Virus record (IMG/VR): IMGVR_UViG_3300010883_007299
Location: 32,474-96,473 of that record
Direction: 5' to 3' (one strand)
DNA length: 64,000 nucleotides
Source of the DNA: a virus
Part shown: positions 26,859 through 36,072 of the stretch, one piece after another
How the letters are laid out: every line of letters starts with the position of its first letter
Numbering within the stretch: position 1 is the first letter of the stretch
The notes under the pieces: generated by a model
The model's input: the letters and a program-made list of their open reading frames with translations, nothing else
Told to the model about the DNA's origin: nothing
Database searches by the model: none
Program-made: the position numbers and the translations under genes

Positions 26859-27576
26859 ATAAATGATAATCTTTCCAATCGTGTGGTCTATTTTCGGATC
26901 GTGTGAAGTGTACCATTTTAATAAGTGGGAAAAATTCTCCACCTAGATAAATGTGATCGTAGCCAGTAACATCATTCCATTTTTTAGTAATACTCTCTTG
27001 CCACATCCAAGAGTTACTGCCTGCGGGCCCGTAGGCTGAAAAGTCAACATGAGCATTCCATCTAGTAAACCATTCGTCTGGTAAAGTAATCAACTCTAGA
27101 CGTTTCTTAACTTGATCTTCCACAAAATACTGTTCACCATTTACAGGCCCCACAGTTGTACCATTTTTAATATAGTGTCTTTGCCACTTCATGGGATCTG
27201 ACATAAATTCTTCCCAAATATACTTACACTCTTTTGGATAGTACTTAAAAAATCCACCGTTAATCTTATAGTCACCTTTAAGAGCTCCACCCCACCAACC
27301 AGGCATAGCAAGAAATTGGCCATGTTCTATTGGATACTCAAACACTTCTTTATAGTCATTCACCAAAAGAATATCAATGTCCATAACACAGATAGGTTCA
27401 TTGGTATCTATATTCATGCCTATCATTTTATTCCATTGAAGCCATACATCATCTTGTATAGGTACTCGTATCCAAATGATTTCGTAATCCGATAACTTTT
27501 TCTCTAGGTAGGTCTCATATTCAGGACCATACTTATCACCTATTCTAACTATTATTATTTTCATTAATCTTTCCAA
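26851..27576 (-). CDS. Glycosyltransferase-like (GT-A) protein
   Basis: VRIGDKYG, WNK, MDID (DxD), INGGF and MVHF motifs. Confidence 0.7.
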   Translation of the reverse strand: MERLMKIIIVRIGDKYGPEYETYLEKKLSDYEIIWIRVPIQDDVWLQWNKMIGMNIDTNEPICVMDIDILLVNDYKEVFEYPIEHGQFLAMPGWWGGALKGDYKINGGFFKYYPKECKYIWEEFMSDPMKWQRHYIKNGTTVGPVNGEQYFVEDQVKKRLELITLPDEWFTRWNAHVDFSAYGPAGSNSWMWQESITKKWNDVTGYDHIYLGGEFFPLIKMVHFTRSENRPHDWKDYHLFI

Positions 27577-28424
27577 TACATACTAAAACGTTTATTAATC
27601 ATGTGGTATAATTTAACATCTGGATTTAATTCTACATCTATTTTTAAAACTCTAGCGTGCCAATAATAATCTAAAAGAGATATTGGTACATTATTCTCAA
27701 TAACTCTATATCCAAAAACAGTTTCATTATCGAAACCAAAGTTTTGTCTTATGTCTATAGGGTACATACTATATTCATCTTCTTGGAGTTCTTTCATATA
27801 CTCCATCAAATTTTCAAAGTCATCAAAGTAATGTAACTTAGCTATAGCATCTTTTGTGCCACCCATGATTGCTGTATTCCAAGCCCTAACATCCAAAGTT
27901 TCGTATTCTCTATAAGCTAACATAGCATGAGCATTCCAATATTTGGAGATAGGATTTCTATTGTCATGTGAGTCCATTCTACCAATCATTAAATTAAAAC
28001 GAGCGTCTTGTTCCGAATCTGCTAAACAAACAGTATCTTCCACATTCCAAACATCAAAAAAATCTTCTGTGGTATTTGGTATTACGTCAAAGTCCAAATA
28101 CAAAACCTTTTCATACTTCTTTGCTGTTTCTACAAACAACCAAATCTTATAAAAATTTAAAATGTCATAATGAGACATTGTTGGTTGAAGTTTATGCAAC
28201 CAATCATAAAATTCTCTATACTCTTTATCATCTCCAAATAGAATATAGTCTGCTCCAATAGCTTTAGCATACTCTAGATGAGCTGCAGATAACTTATTAG
28301 CATACTTCTTTAACTCTAATCGAGTACGTTCACTTTTATTAATAGTATCCCAAGAGTAAGGTTTCTGTTCATCAATCTCACCAGGAGGAATATCTATGTA
28401 AAGACTATAAACTAATTTATTCAT
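27564..28424 (-). CDS. Glycosyltransferase-like (GT-A) protein
   Basis: FYKI, VLYLDFDV (DxD), WNTAIM, DNET, WH and HMINK. Paralog of 29281-30132. Confidence 0.72.
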   Translation of the reverse strand: MNKLVYSLYIDIPPGEIDEQKPYSWDTINKSERTRLELKKYANKLSAAHLEYAKAIGADYILFGDDKEYREFYDWLHKLQPTMSHYDILNFYKIWLFVETAKKYEKVLYLDFDVIPNTTEDFFDVWNVEDTVCLADSEQDARFNLMIGRMDSHDNRNPISKYWNAHAMLAYREYETLDVRAWNTAIMGGTKDAIAKLHYFDDFENLMEYMKELQEDEYSMYPIDIRQNFGFDNETVFGYRVIENNVPISLLDYYWHARVLKIDVELNPDVKLYHMINKRFSMYWKD

Positions 28425-28653
28425 CTGGTCTTTCCAATTCAGCTTCTATTAAATGTTTAATAAATTGTTGAGGAGTAATTTCACTTTGGACTGCAGCAAT
28501 AATAAATTCTGCCATATGTATTTCTTTTTCAATCCAAAACTTCTTTCTTATTAAATCTTCTAGTTGAATTTCATAACCTTCCAGTTCCTTTTGTTTCCGA
28601 ACTTTGTTTTCTATGATGTCCGTAATCGAAATAATATTAGTTTTATTATCCAT
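28417..28653 (-). CDS. Small coiled-coil hypothetical protein
   Basis: 78 aa overlapping both neighbours in the operon. Confidence 0.6.
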   Translation of the reverse strand: MDNKTNIISITDIIENKVRKQKELEGYEIQLEDLIRKKFWIEKEIHMAEFIIAAVQSEITPQQFIKHLIEAELERPDE

Positions 28654-29284
28654 TTAATTTATTCTCAAAAAAAACTTTCCACTGGTCAACATCTTCTATA
28701 TACTTTTCATAATTTATATTCATCGGTTCAAAATTACTATGAGGTGTATCGACACTAAAAAATTTATTCAAATAAGTTTCATTTAAATCTTCATATTGTA
28801 AAATAGTATGTACTTGTTCTTCCAAAATAGTATTGATTAAATCTACCTTTTTTTTAAAATCGTCAATAAACTTCATCACCGAAACATCATCAACTATTAT
28901 TTTAAAATCATCAGGAATAATAATTTCTTTACCCGTGTAGTTGAGAAATGTATTTGTTTGATTCGCATACCGATGACTTATAAACATATCCCAAGGGTTT
29001 CTTTTAATAGTTAGTATGTGGTATCCTCTAAAATGTCGTATTAATTTTTCAATAAAATCAGGATCATCTGCTACAAATTGATCTAGAATATTAACTATAA
29101 TTGGATGATGGTTTCCCATACTCTTTTCATTTCTAAGCCAAGTCCACATTTCTTCATCGGTAACACCTAGTTTAGTCACACGCAAATGTGGTAAAAAGTA
29201 TTCTCCAATATGTATATCTCCTTTAGTGTAAGTATAAAGATAGTGAGTTCCCGTCCTACTCTGTGAAAGTATTTGATAAGTCAC
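28646..29284 (-). CDS. Sulfotransferase-like protein
   Basis: 5'-PSB-like ILSQSRTGTHYL, 3'-PB-like IKRNPWDMFIS and YEDL. Confidence 0.65.
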   Translation of the reverse strand: MTYQILSQSRTGTHYLYTYTKGDIHIGEYFLPHLRVTKLGVTDEEMWTWLRNEKSMGNHHPIIVNILDQFVADDPDFIEKLIRHFRGYHILTIKRNPWDMFISHRYANQTNTFLNYTGKEIIIPDDFKIIVDDVSVMKFIDDFKKKVDLINTILEEQVHTILQYEDLNETYLNKFFSVDTPHSNFEPMNINYEKYIEDVDQWKVFFENKLNG

Positions 29285-30132
29285 AATACATCTTCAAACC
29301 TTTTATTGATAACATGAATCATGCGTGCTAAAGGATTGAGATCACCTATCCTTTCTTGGTCATATATGTGATGCCAGTTATCATCCATAATGTGAACATT
29401 TATATTTTTACTATAGGTTAGGTATGACATTATAGATTCATTGTTTATACTGAAACTTTCTCTAAGATCATTTTTTCCATATTTAGCTACCGTTCTTTTC
29501 CATACTATATCTTTACACATCGGCCAAAAGTAATCTCCAAAATAATCTAATTTATTTACATGATCTCTATTGATAGCTATTATCCCAGTATTCCATATCT
29601 CTGGGTCCATATCATTATTTAACAATTCTTTTGTAATAGCATATTTCATTAACGGCGATCTAGATGATGGTTTATATGTTGCTAAAAAATTACGTTCTTG
29701 AGTTTTATACAAATACTTTTCTCTCATTTCATCCAGGCCCGTAGCATTCTGCGGTGCTAAACATATGCCATTGGACAAATCAAACTCCTCAAAAATATTT
29801 TCATCAGTATTTACCAGAACATCAGAATCTAAATATAGTATTTCGTCATAATCATATTTGAGTTTATCTAAACATAGTATCTTAAAATTATTGATTGTTT
29901 GGTAATGTGTTACTTCTGGATCTATGTTTTTTAATTTCTGATAAAATTCATCATACCATGGAGCGTCACGTTGTATTATAACATAATTAGCATCACACTT
30001 CCATGCATAATCTTCCTGATTATGCCGTATAATATCATGGTACTCTTTGATTTTAGGAAAGTAATCTTTACCCCACGGTTCATCATCATACTCAGATAAA
30101 TCTATATAAACAGAAAAGACAACCCGTTTCAT
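29281..30132 (-). CDS. Glycosyltransferase-like (GT-A) protein
   Basis: ILYLDSDV (DxD), WNTGII, NNES, WH and HVINK. Confidence 0.72.
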   Translation of the reverse strand: MKRVVFSVYIDLSEYDDEPWGKDYFPKIKEYHDIIRHNQEDYAWKCDANYVIIQRDAPWYDEFYQKLKNIDPEVTHYQTINNFKILCLDKLKYDYDEILYLDSDVLVNTDENIFEEFDLSNGICLAPQNATGLDEMREKYLYKTQERNFLATYKPSSRSPLMKYAITKELLNNDMDPEIWNTGIIAINRDHVNKLDYFGDYFWPMCKDIVWKRTVAKYGKNDLRESFSINNESIMSYLTYSKNINVHIMDDNWHHIYDQERIGDLNPLARMIHVINKRFEDVL

Positions 30133-30857
30133 TTTTTAATTCCAAATGACATATATCTTTCATGGTCTCCCATAGAAGTGGGCCACGGTTTTGTCAAAGA
30201 AACATATTCATCAAAGTGCCAATGGTATCTATCATTAAATTCTTCTTCTGATTCCGAACAGTTTATATGTTCTTGCAAACCAAAGAAATTATTGCTCTGA
30301 AAAATAAATATAGTTCCAGACTCAGCTGTATCTATTGTATGATTTACTATTTCTTGTTCCATATGTTCTGTTGATGTGTTTATAATTATATCATAAGAAT
30401 CATCAAAATTTATTTCAGCAACATCTTTTATACGAAATTTAATAATATCTTTATCCAACGGTTGAAATCCTTTGTCGGATCCCACTCCATGTAGTATTTT
30501 TCCTACTTTCTTTGTCATATAATCCATATCAAAAGACTCTATTAGTTTTATTTCAACTCCTAATTCCTCTATAAGAATATGGGCTAATAAACCATACCAC
30601 CCACCCAACAAAGCAATGATATAAGAACCATCACGTTTACCATGTTTATAAAGATACAAGTTAAGTTCTTCTGCTAACCATCTCTTACTTAGCCATTGTG
30701 TTTCATTACAACTATTAAGATAATCCAATACTCTACCTGGATATTTTCTTATTAATTCTTGTAATGCTTTTGTATTTTCAAAATCAATCATAACGTTGGT
30801 TCCATAAAAATATAGGTGCTTCGTCATTTGGTTCTTCTTGTTGCCAACTAGCAACAT
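30129..30857 (-). CDS. Class I SAM-dependent methyltransferase-like protein
   Basis: IALLGGWYGLL motif I, FDMD and YDIIINTSTEHM. The true start is probably downstream (MIDFEN). Confidence 0.75.
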   Translation of the reverse strand: MLLVGNKKNQMTKHLYFYGTNVMIDFENTKALQELIRKYPGRVLDYLNSCNETQWLSKRWLAEELNLYLYKHGKRDGSYIIALLGGWYGLLAHILIEELGVEIKLIESFDMDYMTKKVGKILHGVGSDKGFQPLDKDIIKFRIKDVAEINFDDSYDIIINTSTEHMEQEIVNHTIDTAESGTIFIFQSNNFFGLQEHINCSESEEEFNDRYHWHFDEYVSLTKPWPTSMGDHERYMSFGIKK

Positions 30858-31395
30858 GAATATCTTTTAAAAGTTTATAAGATACATTTTCATTATAGAT
30901 AAAACCATCTATGCCTTTATACAACCGCAAATAGGTATCACGATTGGACATAAACTGTTTAAAAATAGATTCAGAACTCCACCATCTCATAAAAGAACTA
31001 TTAATTCTAGTATCATTGTACAATCTAAAACGAAAAATATCTTTATCAAACACAGTAGCTACATGAAGTTCATCACACCGTTTTGATTTCCATCTTGAAG
31101 AATCTATTAAAGTAAATTCTTGAAAATCTGTAAACAAGAAATCTATATTCTTTTTTATCTCAATATCTAAATCAAAAAAGATAGATGGCCCAGTAAATTC
31201 TAAAAGAGCTAGTTTATGCCATACACCTCTCAAGTAAGGATACTTAACAGGTATATCATATTCACTTTCTGGCTGGTCAGTATAACACCAAAATTTTATA
31301 TCTAATGTGGTATTAGATTCTACGTTATCTTTTAAACGTGTTACAAAATCTCGGTTATACTTATCACCCCACTTAACACAATAAACATTATACAT
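30784..31395 (-). CDS. Glycosyltransferase-like (GT8-like) protein
   Basis: YCVKWGDKY, WHKL, FFDLD and NSSFMRW. Confidence 0.75.
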   Translation of the reverse strand: MYNVYCVKWGDKYNRDFVTRLKDNVESNTTLDIKFWCYTDQPESEYDIPVKYPYLRGVWHKLALLEFTGPSIFFDLDIEIKKNIDFLFTDFQEFTLIDSSRWKSKRCDELHVATVFDKDIFRFRLYNDTRINSSFMRWWSSESIFKQFMSNRDTYLRLYKGIDGFIYNENVSYKLLKDIHVASWQQEEPNDEAPIFLWNQRYD

Positions 31396-32473
31396 TCAAT
31401 TTATCAAATTCTACAAGTACTTTAAGTTTGTTTGGAGCTTTTCTTATCTTGGCTTTTTGTTCTTTATTTTTATTCTTCTTCACTTTTTCCATTTCAAAAA
31501 TAGCCAATTTTAATTTAAACAATTCTTCTTTAGCAGCTTCAGATTCATTATCCATAACAACTTCTAAAAGGTTAGAATCAATTTTTTTATGTGCAGCTAA
31601 AGCAGCAACAGTATTACTTTGTATAATATCCTTAACAATATCATTTGCTACATCAGAAGCCTCTCGACCTTGTATCACTTGTGATGTAGTTCTTTTTAAA
31701 AGATCCTCAACATAACTGGGATAATTAAAACCAATATTATTTTTTAAATCTTCAGCATTACTTTTTAATTCTTTATAATGTTCTACCATTTGTCGATACT
31801 GTTCTTCTATTTCGTCTTTACTCACGTTAGGATCAGATTCAAATGTTTGTTTAAATTTTTCAGATTGTTCTTTCAAAAAATCTTCAAAATTGCTAGCAAC
31901 TTCTTCTAATTTTTTCATAGTGGTTTTGTGTTCCTTTTCCAAACCCTTATGAGATTTGTCTGTTTCAGTCCACACCACTTTCATTTTTTCTTCTGTTTGT
32001 TTAGCATGAGTCCAAGCCTTATCAATTTCATCCCATTTCTTTTTTAATTTCTTCCACTCTTTAGCTATTTCTTTTTTTTCTTTTTCTAAAATTTTATATT
32101 GTTCTTCTAAAGACTCACCATATATTTCTGTATAATATCTTTCACGTTCTTTAATCCAATTGTCTTTAAACTCATCAAGGTCTTTTTCTATCTGTTCTTT
32201 TCTTTCTTTGAATTCAGTTTCCATATAAACAGACACAGCATGGTTAACTGCGTTGCCGAATGTTTCTGATTGTTGTTTTAGACGTTGATTGGTATTCTTA
32301 TCAAGCTGGTCTAAACTTACTTCTTCAAGTAAATCTTTAAAATCTGGGTGCTCGAAATCAACCTGAATAGCATAAGCAATATGCTTGTCGCCTTGGGTAT
32401 AGATAATTTCTACATCAGTCTTTTCTGGATTAATGTAGTATGCTGTTTCAATCTTATCGCTGAACAAAGCCAT
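31388..32473 (-). CDS. Coiled-coil hypothetical protein
   Basis: 361 aa with a long E/K-rich heptad region and a GAGGAG SD. Confidence 0.7.
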   Translation of the reverse strand: MALFSDKIETAYYINPEKTDVEIIYTQGDKHIAYAIQVDFEHPDFKDLLEEVSLDQLDKNTNQRLKQQSETFGNAVNHAVSVYMETEFKERKEQIEKDLDEFKDNWIKERERYYTEIYGESLEEQYKILEKEKKEIAKEWKKLKKKWDEIDKAWTHAKQTEEKMKVVWTETDKSHKGLEKEHKTTMKKLEEVASNFEDFLKEQSEKFKQTFESDPNVSKDEIEEQYRQMVEHYKELKSNAEDLKNNIGFNYPSYVEDLLKRTTSQVIQGREASDVANDIVKDIIQSNTVAALAAHKKIDSNLLEVVMDNESEAAKEELFKLKLAIFEMEKVKKNKNKEQKAKIRKAPNKLKVLVEFDKLNV

Positions 32474-32491
32474 GATATAATTTTCTCCTCA

Positions 32492-33520
32492 CTATGCTTT
32501 ATTTATCTTTAGATAATACGTGCCTAATGTAGTTGGTGAACCAGAAGGAAACTTTTGTGCTCTATAGTCATCTGGTCCCACTTGATGGGTAGCGTAGGTC
32601 TGACTATTCAATTTTGTATCGGTCATACCAGAACCTCTATTAGCCCCACCAATGTTTATATTGTATCTGAGTTTATATCCATTTACATCATTAACAGCAC
32701 ACCACTTTATAAGATTTTGTAAATCGGTATGAAAAGTAATACCATATTCTTGAATATCTGTACCATCAACATTAGTATGACATGGATATTCTGTAATGGT
32801 TTGTGTTGCTTCATCTATTCTCCAGAGATAGAATGATTCAACAGTACTGGGTTGATCTCTAGTTTCTGGAATGTTAGCTGCTGCATATGCTGATGCATCC
32901 GCTCTAGTATCTATATAGACAGGCGTAGCATCAACCAAAGTAGAACCTGCAACACCACTATTTGCAGTATTGATATGGTATGTACCATTCTGTTCATCAC
33001 CAATAGAACCCAATACAAGTTTATCTATAGCGGGGTATATAAACGTGTCTAACATATCCTGTGTTGACATGGATTGTAATGTTGGGTTGTCTATTTGTTC
33101 TTGTTGTACATGGTCATCATCTTGGTGTAGAACATAACCCATATCATCTTCCAATATGATTCTTACACTATCGTTCCAATATAAAGGATATTCAACATTA
33201 TTTGTATCAACCGGAACCGAAGCGCCAGGCCCGGACAAGTCCTCTATCATACGTTGATACTGTACAGTAATATCGCTAGTATCAGAAACTGTTCCTTCAG
33301 CAGGAAAAGCCGAAGCACTAGATGCAGATGATCCCGCCTGTAGTCTTGTATCTGTTTGTGAGTCTAAACTACCACCCGTAGAAACTACTCGTAAAGTAAC
33401 AGAAGGATCATTACCATACTGCTTAGTGGCATAATCAACAATAGAGTCTATCTGTGCTGGCGTTAGTTGCCTTAAATTGTTATTTGATGTTTCATCAATA
33501 TAAAGAGGAATCCGTATCAT
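32492..33520 (-). CDS. Virion structural protein
   Basis: 342 aa in the structural operon, ending YRAQKFPSG.PTT..TYYLKI. Confidence 0.7.
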   Translation of the reverse strand: MIRIPLYIDETSNNNLRQLTPAQIDSIVDYATKQYGNDPSVTLRVVSTGGSLDSQTDTRLQAGSSASSASAFPAEGTVSDTSDITVQYQRMIEDLSGPGASVPVDTNNVEYPLYWNDSVRIILEDDMGYVLHQDDDHVQQEQIDNPTLQSMSTQDMLDTFIYPAIDKLVLGSIGDEQNGTYHINTANSGVAGSTLVDATPVYIDTRADASAYAAANIPETRDQPSTVESFYLWRIDEATQTITEYPCHTNVDGTDIQEYGITFHTDLQNLIKWCAVNDVNGYKLRYNINIGGANRGSGMTDTKLNSQTYATHQVGPDDYRAQKFPSGSPTTLGTYYLKINKA

Positions 33521-34209
33521 TATGAACCTGCCCCATACATTGTAAACAAAACAGAACCAGCTGCATCATATACAATTAAGTCATTAACATCTTTTAGTTT
33601 AGTAGAGTCTACTGCATCATCGGCAAATGCTTCTAGAGGTACTTGTATCTCGGCTACTGTACCTGACGTTGTTGCACCAAGGACTCTGCCAGCAGTAACA
33701 ACATCTTGCATTTTATCATACGTTACAACATCTGGTTGTATAACTGTTGCTAAAACAGTACCGCCCACGTCACCCGATACAGGAGGATTTATGCCCGATA
33801 AGAAATTACCATATGTTACCTTATTACAAACATCACCACCATCATAATCTGATAGTGCCATATCATCATCATTATCGGGTTGTGCTGATAAAGGAGTTTG
33901 GTCAGTTACTTGAGATTTAGCCCAACCGGGATTAGTTCTTAAAGTTTCTAACCAACGTATTTCAGAACTGCCTGTTCTCGCAGATTTTATAGTTATTCGT
34001 TTAACTATAAAAGAACCAGGATCCCTATCTAAAACAAAATCAACACCTGGTTGCATTACCTGACCATCGACACAAACCAATAATTCAGCAGTATCTCTAG
34101 TTGTATATTTTAGAATTAATAGTTGTGAACCAGAACCATCAGCTGTAAAGTCTTGTTTATGGATTACTCCATACTGTGGACCTTGTCCCCAATAACTTTG
34201 ACCAGACAT
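33520..34209 (-). CDS. Virion protein (paralog of 34209-34880)
   Basis: Shares KQDFTA, QPD.VTYDKMQD.VTA.RVLGA and YGAGS with its neighbour. Confidence 0.72.
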   Translation of the reverse strand: MSGQSYWGQGPQYGVIHKQDFTADGSGSQLLILKYTTRDTAELLVCVDGQVMQPGVDFVLDRDPGSFIVKRITIKSARTGSSEIRWLETLRTNPGWAKSQVTDQTPLSAQPDNDDDMALSDYDGGDVCNKVTYGNFLSGINPPVSGDVGGTVLATVIQPDVVTYDKMQDVVTAGRVLGATTSGTVAEIQVPLEAFADDAVDSTKLKDVNDLIVYDAAGSVLFTMYGAGS

Positions 34210-34880
34210 TATGAACCTGCCCCATAAATGGTCTCCAATACCGAGCCTGAGGAATCTCTAATATCTAATGCAACAACCGCAGTAAGTTTTGTTTGGTCTA
34301 CTGCATCATCAGCTATCATAGCGGTTTGTATTTGAGTTTCAATTATTGTGCCAGACGTTACTGCACCAAGTACACGATTAGCTGTTACTATATCTTGCAT
34401 CTTATCATATGTTACTGTATCTGGTTGAATAACATTTGAAGCAAGACCACCAGCAACATCTCCTGCTAGTGTTGGGTTAATACCAGATTCTATATTTGCA
34501 TAACTAACTTTCTTTAATAAATCATCACTTGTATCATAGATAACAAATTGATCCTGAGAAACAGGAGGTCCACCCAAAGCTGCTAGTTCATCAATACTAG
34601 CTTTAGTCATTTTAGGTCCAGATATTCTATGACCTAACCAAATAATCCAAGAGACACCAGTAGAGGTTGCACTTATTGTAAGTGTTGTGCCTATATCATC
34701 TAGAGTATAGTCCGTTACTGGTTGTAATACTGCACCCGCAACAACTATCAATAGTTGGTGAGTATCACCTGCAGCATAATTTAAAGATACTGTTTGACTG
34801 CCTGTACCACTAGCTGTGAAGTCTTGCTTTTGGAAGATCCCATAAACTGGAGATTTTCCTATATAACTTTCTGTTGACAT
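34209..34880 (-). CDS. Virion protein (paralog of 33520-34209)
   Basis: Same shared motifs; coupled by TAATG. Confidence 0.72.
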   Translation of the reverse strand: MSTESYIGKSPVYGIFQKQDFTASGTGSQTVSLNYAAGDTHQLLIVVAGAVLQPVTDYTLDDIGTTLTISATSTGVSWIIWLGHRISGPKMTKASIDELAALGGPPVSQDQFVIYDTSDDLLKKVSYANIESGINPTLAGDVAGGLASNVIQPDTVTYDKMQDIVTANRVLGAVTSGTIIETQIQTAMIADDAVDQTKLTAVVALDIRDSSGSVLETIYGAGS

Positions 34881-34892
34881 AGTTCAATCTCT

Positions 34893-35120
34893 TTAATGTA
34901 GGTCTACCCATGCACCATTAGCGTATCCTTGGAATTTATTATCTGTAGAATTATAAACTATCCAACCATTACTTGGTGACAAGGCATCTCTTTCTGATGT
35001 AGTATATGATCCAGCAGCTATAGCTCCCGATAACTTTGTTACCGTTACTATACCATCTGCAATAGAATCATTTGTCGGGTCTCGGTCAGCCGGGCCCGTT
35101 CCTAAATAACCTGCAGGCAT
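34893..35120 (-). CDS. Small fibre-associated protein
   Basis: TTSERDAL...GWIVYN.T.NKFQGY...W motif typical of phage fibres. Confidence 0.68.
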   Translation of the reverse strand: MPAGYLGTGPADRDPTNDSIADGIVTVTKLSGAIAAGSYTTSERDALSPSNGWIVYNSTDNKFQGYANGAWVDLH

Positions 35121-35446
35121 TAATTAACGTCCTCTAATAGTGAACATATTGCATCAGCTGAACTAGCAACACTAGCAGCGACTGTGAGTACTTCATTTTC
35201 TTCCAAAACTACTTTCTGTCCCGACACTGCTTTTAGTGTACCACCGAAAGGTACTGGTGCAGCCTTAACTAGAAAAATACTATCTAACTTTACGGTCACC
35301 GTAATATCACTAGAAGCATGAGTGTTAGCAATATCAAGTTCCAAAAGAACAGTAGTTTTACTTGCTGGTGTTGTATACAGTGTTGTATACGTTCCAGAAT
35401 CTACTGCAATATTTTGTGCAGTTGCGTTTTTAAATTCATTTGCCAT
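35120..35446 (-). CDS. Small virion protein (paralog of 20876-21214)
   Basis: MANEFKNA...LYTTPA...IAN...KVVLE family. Confidence 0.72.
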   Translation of the reverse strand: MANEFKNATAQNIAVDSGTYTTLYTTPASKTTVLLELDIANTHASSDITVTVKLDSIFLVKAAPVPFGGTLKAVSGQKVVLEENEVLTVAASVASSADAICSLLEDVN

Positions 35447-35458
35447 AATTTTTACCTT

Positions 35459-35653
35459 TTATCCTAACGCTACAGCCAAAGCTATAGACATCTTTCTAGT
35501 AACTTTAGAATTAACACTCTCTACCAAATCGGTAGGAGTACCATTAAATTCTATATTTAAATTTGTTATGTCTCCAATATCTACAGCTGTCGAGTTGTAA
35601 GCATCTCTCCAAGTAGCAAAAGTATCTGTGTCGTTTACGTTTCTGTCTGCCAT
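35459..35653 (-). CDS. Small virion protein
   Basis: Paralog of 35658-35864 (WR..YN....D.G.I.NLNI.F..TPTDLVE). Ends IALAVALG. Confidence 0.68.
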   Translation of the reverse strand: MADRNVNDTDTFATWRDAYNSTAVDIGDITNLNIEFNGTPTDLVESVNSKVTRKMSIALAVALG

Positions 35654-35657
35654 AATT

Positions 35658-35864
35658 CTACTCTACATCGTTTGTCATAACAAAGATCCACTTTAACAGT
35701 TCGCCTTTGTCAATTTTGTTATTAGCTGCTTCTACTAAATCTGTAGGAGTTTCATCAAACAAAATATTTAAATTTGATATTTCTCCTACATCTTGAGAAG
35801 AAAGATTATATGTTTGTCTCCAATCTTCTACAGTATTGGCCAACGTTGCGTTTCTATCTGTCAT
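35658..35864 (-). CDS. Small virion protein
   Basis: Tandem paralog of 35459-35653. Confidence 0.68.
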   Translation of the reverse strand: MTDRNATLANTVEDWRQTYNLSSQDVGEISNLNILFDETPTDLVEAANNKIDKGELLKWIFVMTNDVE

Positions 35865-36072
35865 CTACTAACGTCCTTAACATAGTTTTAATTTCTGATA
35901 TTTCTTCTTTAATGGTATTTATGTCATTAGTATTATTTCTTAATTCTTCCTTAGCTATCTGTCGAGCTTTATTAGAACTCACAGCAGCCTGATGAGAATT
36001 AGCATCTATATTAATAATAGCTCTAGAATTCGGGTCTCTTACAATATCCGTTCTTCCTTCTACTACGTCCAT
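35854..36072 (-). CDS. Conserved small T4-like phage protein downstream of the VrlC-like gene
   Basis: VEG..DIVRD..SRAIIN...IKEEISEIK.ML pattern; coupled to the upstream gene. Confidence 0.7.
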   Translation of the reverse strand: MDVVEGRTDIVRDPNSRAIINIDANSHQAAVSSNKARQIAKEELRNNTNDINTIKEEISEIKTMLRTLVDDR

